Positions 63,001 through 64,000 of a stretch of DNA of 64,000 nt are shown one piece after another. This DNA is from Rebecca billardiae RCC1528 (taxonomy: Eukaryota; Protista; Haptophyta), in contig OZ251228.1 in NCBI GenBank assembly GCA_965240325.2, positions 2,852,001 to 2,916,000 of the forward strand, read 5' to 3'. A model generated the notes under the pieces. It was not told the DNA's origin, ran no database searches, and worked only from the letters and a program-made list of their open reading frames with translations. The position numbers were made by a program, and so were the translations under genes. How positions within the stretch are numbered: the stretch's first letter is position 1; each line of letters begins with the position of its first letter.

Positions 63001-64000
63001 TGCGGCCGCAGGGCTGCGGCTCGGGCGCGGAGCCGCAGCCCTGCGGGCGCGCGGGCGTGAGGAGTGGCGGCGGCGCGGCATGCAGCGCGGCTCGGAGCGA
63101 GCATGGACGGCGAGGACGCGTCGTTCAGCACCGCCGCCACCCGCCCGCCCGCTCGTCTCGCGGCGCGCGACTAAGCCGAGCAGCAGCAGCAGCCTGCTGG
63201 GCCACCGCAGGCCTGCGGCCGCAGGGCTGCGGCCGCAGGGCTGCGGCTCGGGCGCGGAGCCGCAGCCCTGCGGGCGCGCGGGCGTGAGGAGTGGCGGCGG
63301 CGCGGCATGCAGCGCGGCTCGGAGCGAGCATGGACGGCGAGGACGCGTCATTCAGCACCGCCGCCACCCGCCTGCCCGCTCGCCTCGCGCCGCGCGACTG
63401 AGCCGAGCAGCAGCAGCAGCCTGCTGGGCCACCGCAGGCCTGCGGCCGCAGGGCTGCGGCTCGGGCGCGGAGCCGCAGCCCTGCGGGCGCGCGGCCGTGA
63501 GGAGTGTTGGCGGCGCGGCATGCAGCGCGGCTCGGAGCGAGCATGGGCGGCGATGACGCGCCAATCAGCACCGCCGCAACCCGCCCGCCCGCTCCCCTCG
63601 CGCCGCGTTACTGAGCCGAGCAGCAGCAGCAGCCTGCTGGGCCACCGCAGGCCTGCGGCCGCAGGGCTGCGGCTCGGGCGCGGAGCCGCAGCCCTGCGGG
63701 CGCGTGGCCGTGAGGAGTGGCGGCGGCGCGGCATACAGCGCGGCTCGGAGCGAGCATGGCCGTCAAGGACGCGCCAATCAGCACCGCCGTCACCCGCTTT
63801 GCCGCTCGCCTCGCGCCGCGCGACTGATCCGAGCAGCAGCAGCAGCCTGCTGGGCCACCGCAGGCCTGCGGCCGCAGGGCTGCGGCCGCAGGGCTGCAGC
63901 TCGGGCGCGGAGCCGCAGCCCTGCGGGCGCGCGGCCGTGAGGAGTGGCGACGGTGCGGCATGCAGCGCGGCTCGGAGCGAGCATGGGCGTCGAGGACGCG
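60075..64000. repeat. GC-rich satellite, 213/227-bp units, ~18 copies, running off the window end
   Basis: Recurrent 70-aa (213-nt) ORFs. The 227-bp variant has an extra 14-mer (gcggccgcagggct). Identical ORFs at 62472 and 63125 show a 653-bp higher-order unit. Confidence 0.97.

Noticed and set aside
60075-64000. Palindrome-bearing regular repeats as a CRISPR array or as protein-coding repeats
   Set aside because: Whole units repeat with no unique spacers and there are no cas genes. The 14-bp indel between unit types breaks any reading frame.

Overview
Very GC-rich eukaryotic genomic DNA with spliceosomal GT-AG introns rich in (GC)n runs. It carries a nuclear gene with a signal-plus-transit plastid leader, which suggests a secondary-plastid alga; a pavlovophyte haptophyte such as Diacronema is my inference, not something the sequence shows. 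Recognisable genes: cGMP-dependent protein kinase, RNA polymerase III subunit RPC2 head-to-head with CNOT11, a PDZ-2Fe2S ferredoxin, a double cNMP-binding protein, a 7TM plus C-type lectin protein, a CYTH-Nudix fusion, an IQ coiled-coil protein and several hypotheticals. Many DNA-transposon derivatives lie between them: a Foldback/MULE element with a 9-bp TSD, a piggyBac-type element with TTAA TSD, a TA-targeting TIR element, a hAT-like relic, nested MITEs and a 430-bp inverted repeat beside a Ulp1-like fragment. Three observations stand out. (1) Two copies of a Mutator-like transposase relic each sit head-to-head with an EsV-1-7 zinc-finger repeat array whose units are near-identical except at a few hypervariable residues, reshuffled between copies. 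(2) A decayed Enhancer-of-zeste (SANT2-CXC-SET) fragment is bracketed by mutually inverted, hairpin-bearing satellite arrays. (3) Several introns have complementary 5' and 3' ends. All family assignments come from motif recognition by eye; no searches were run.
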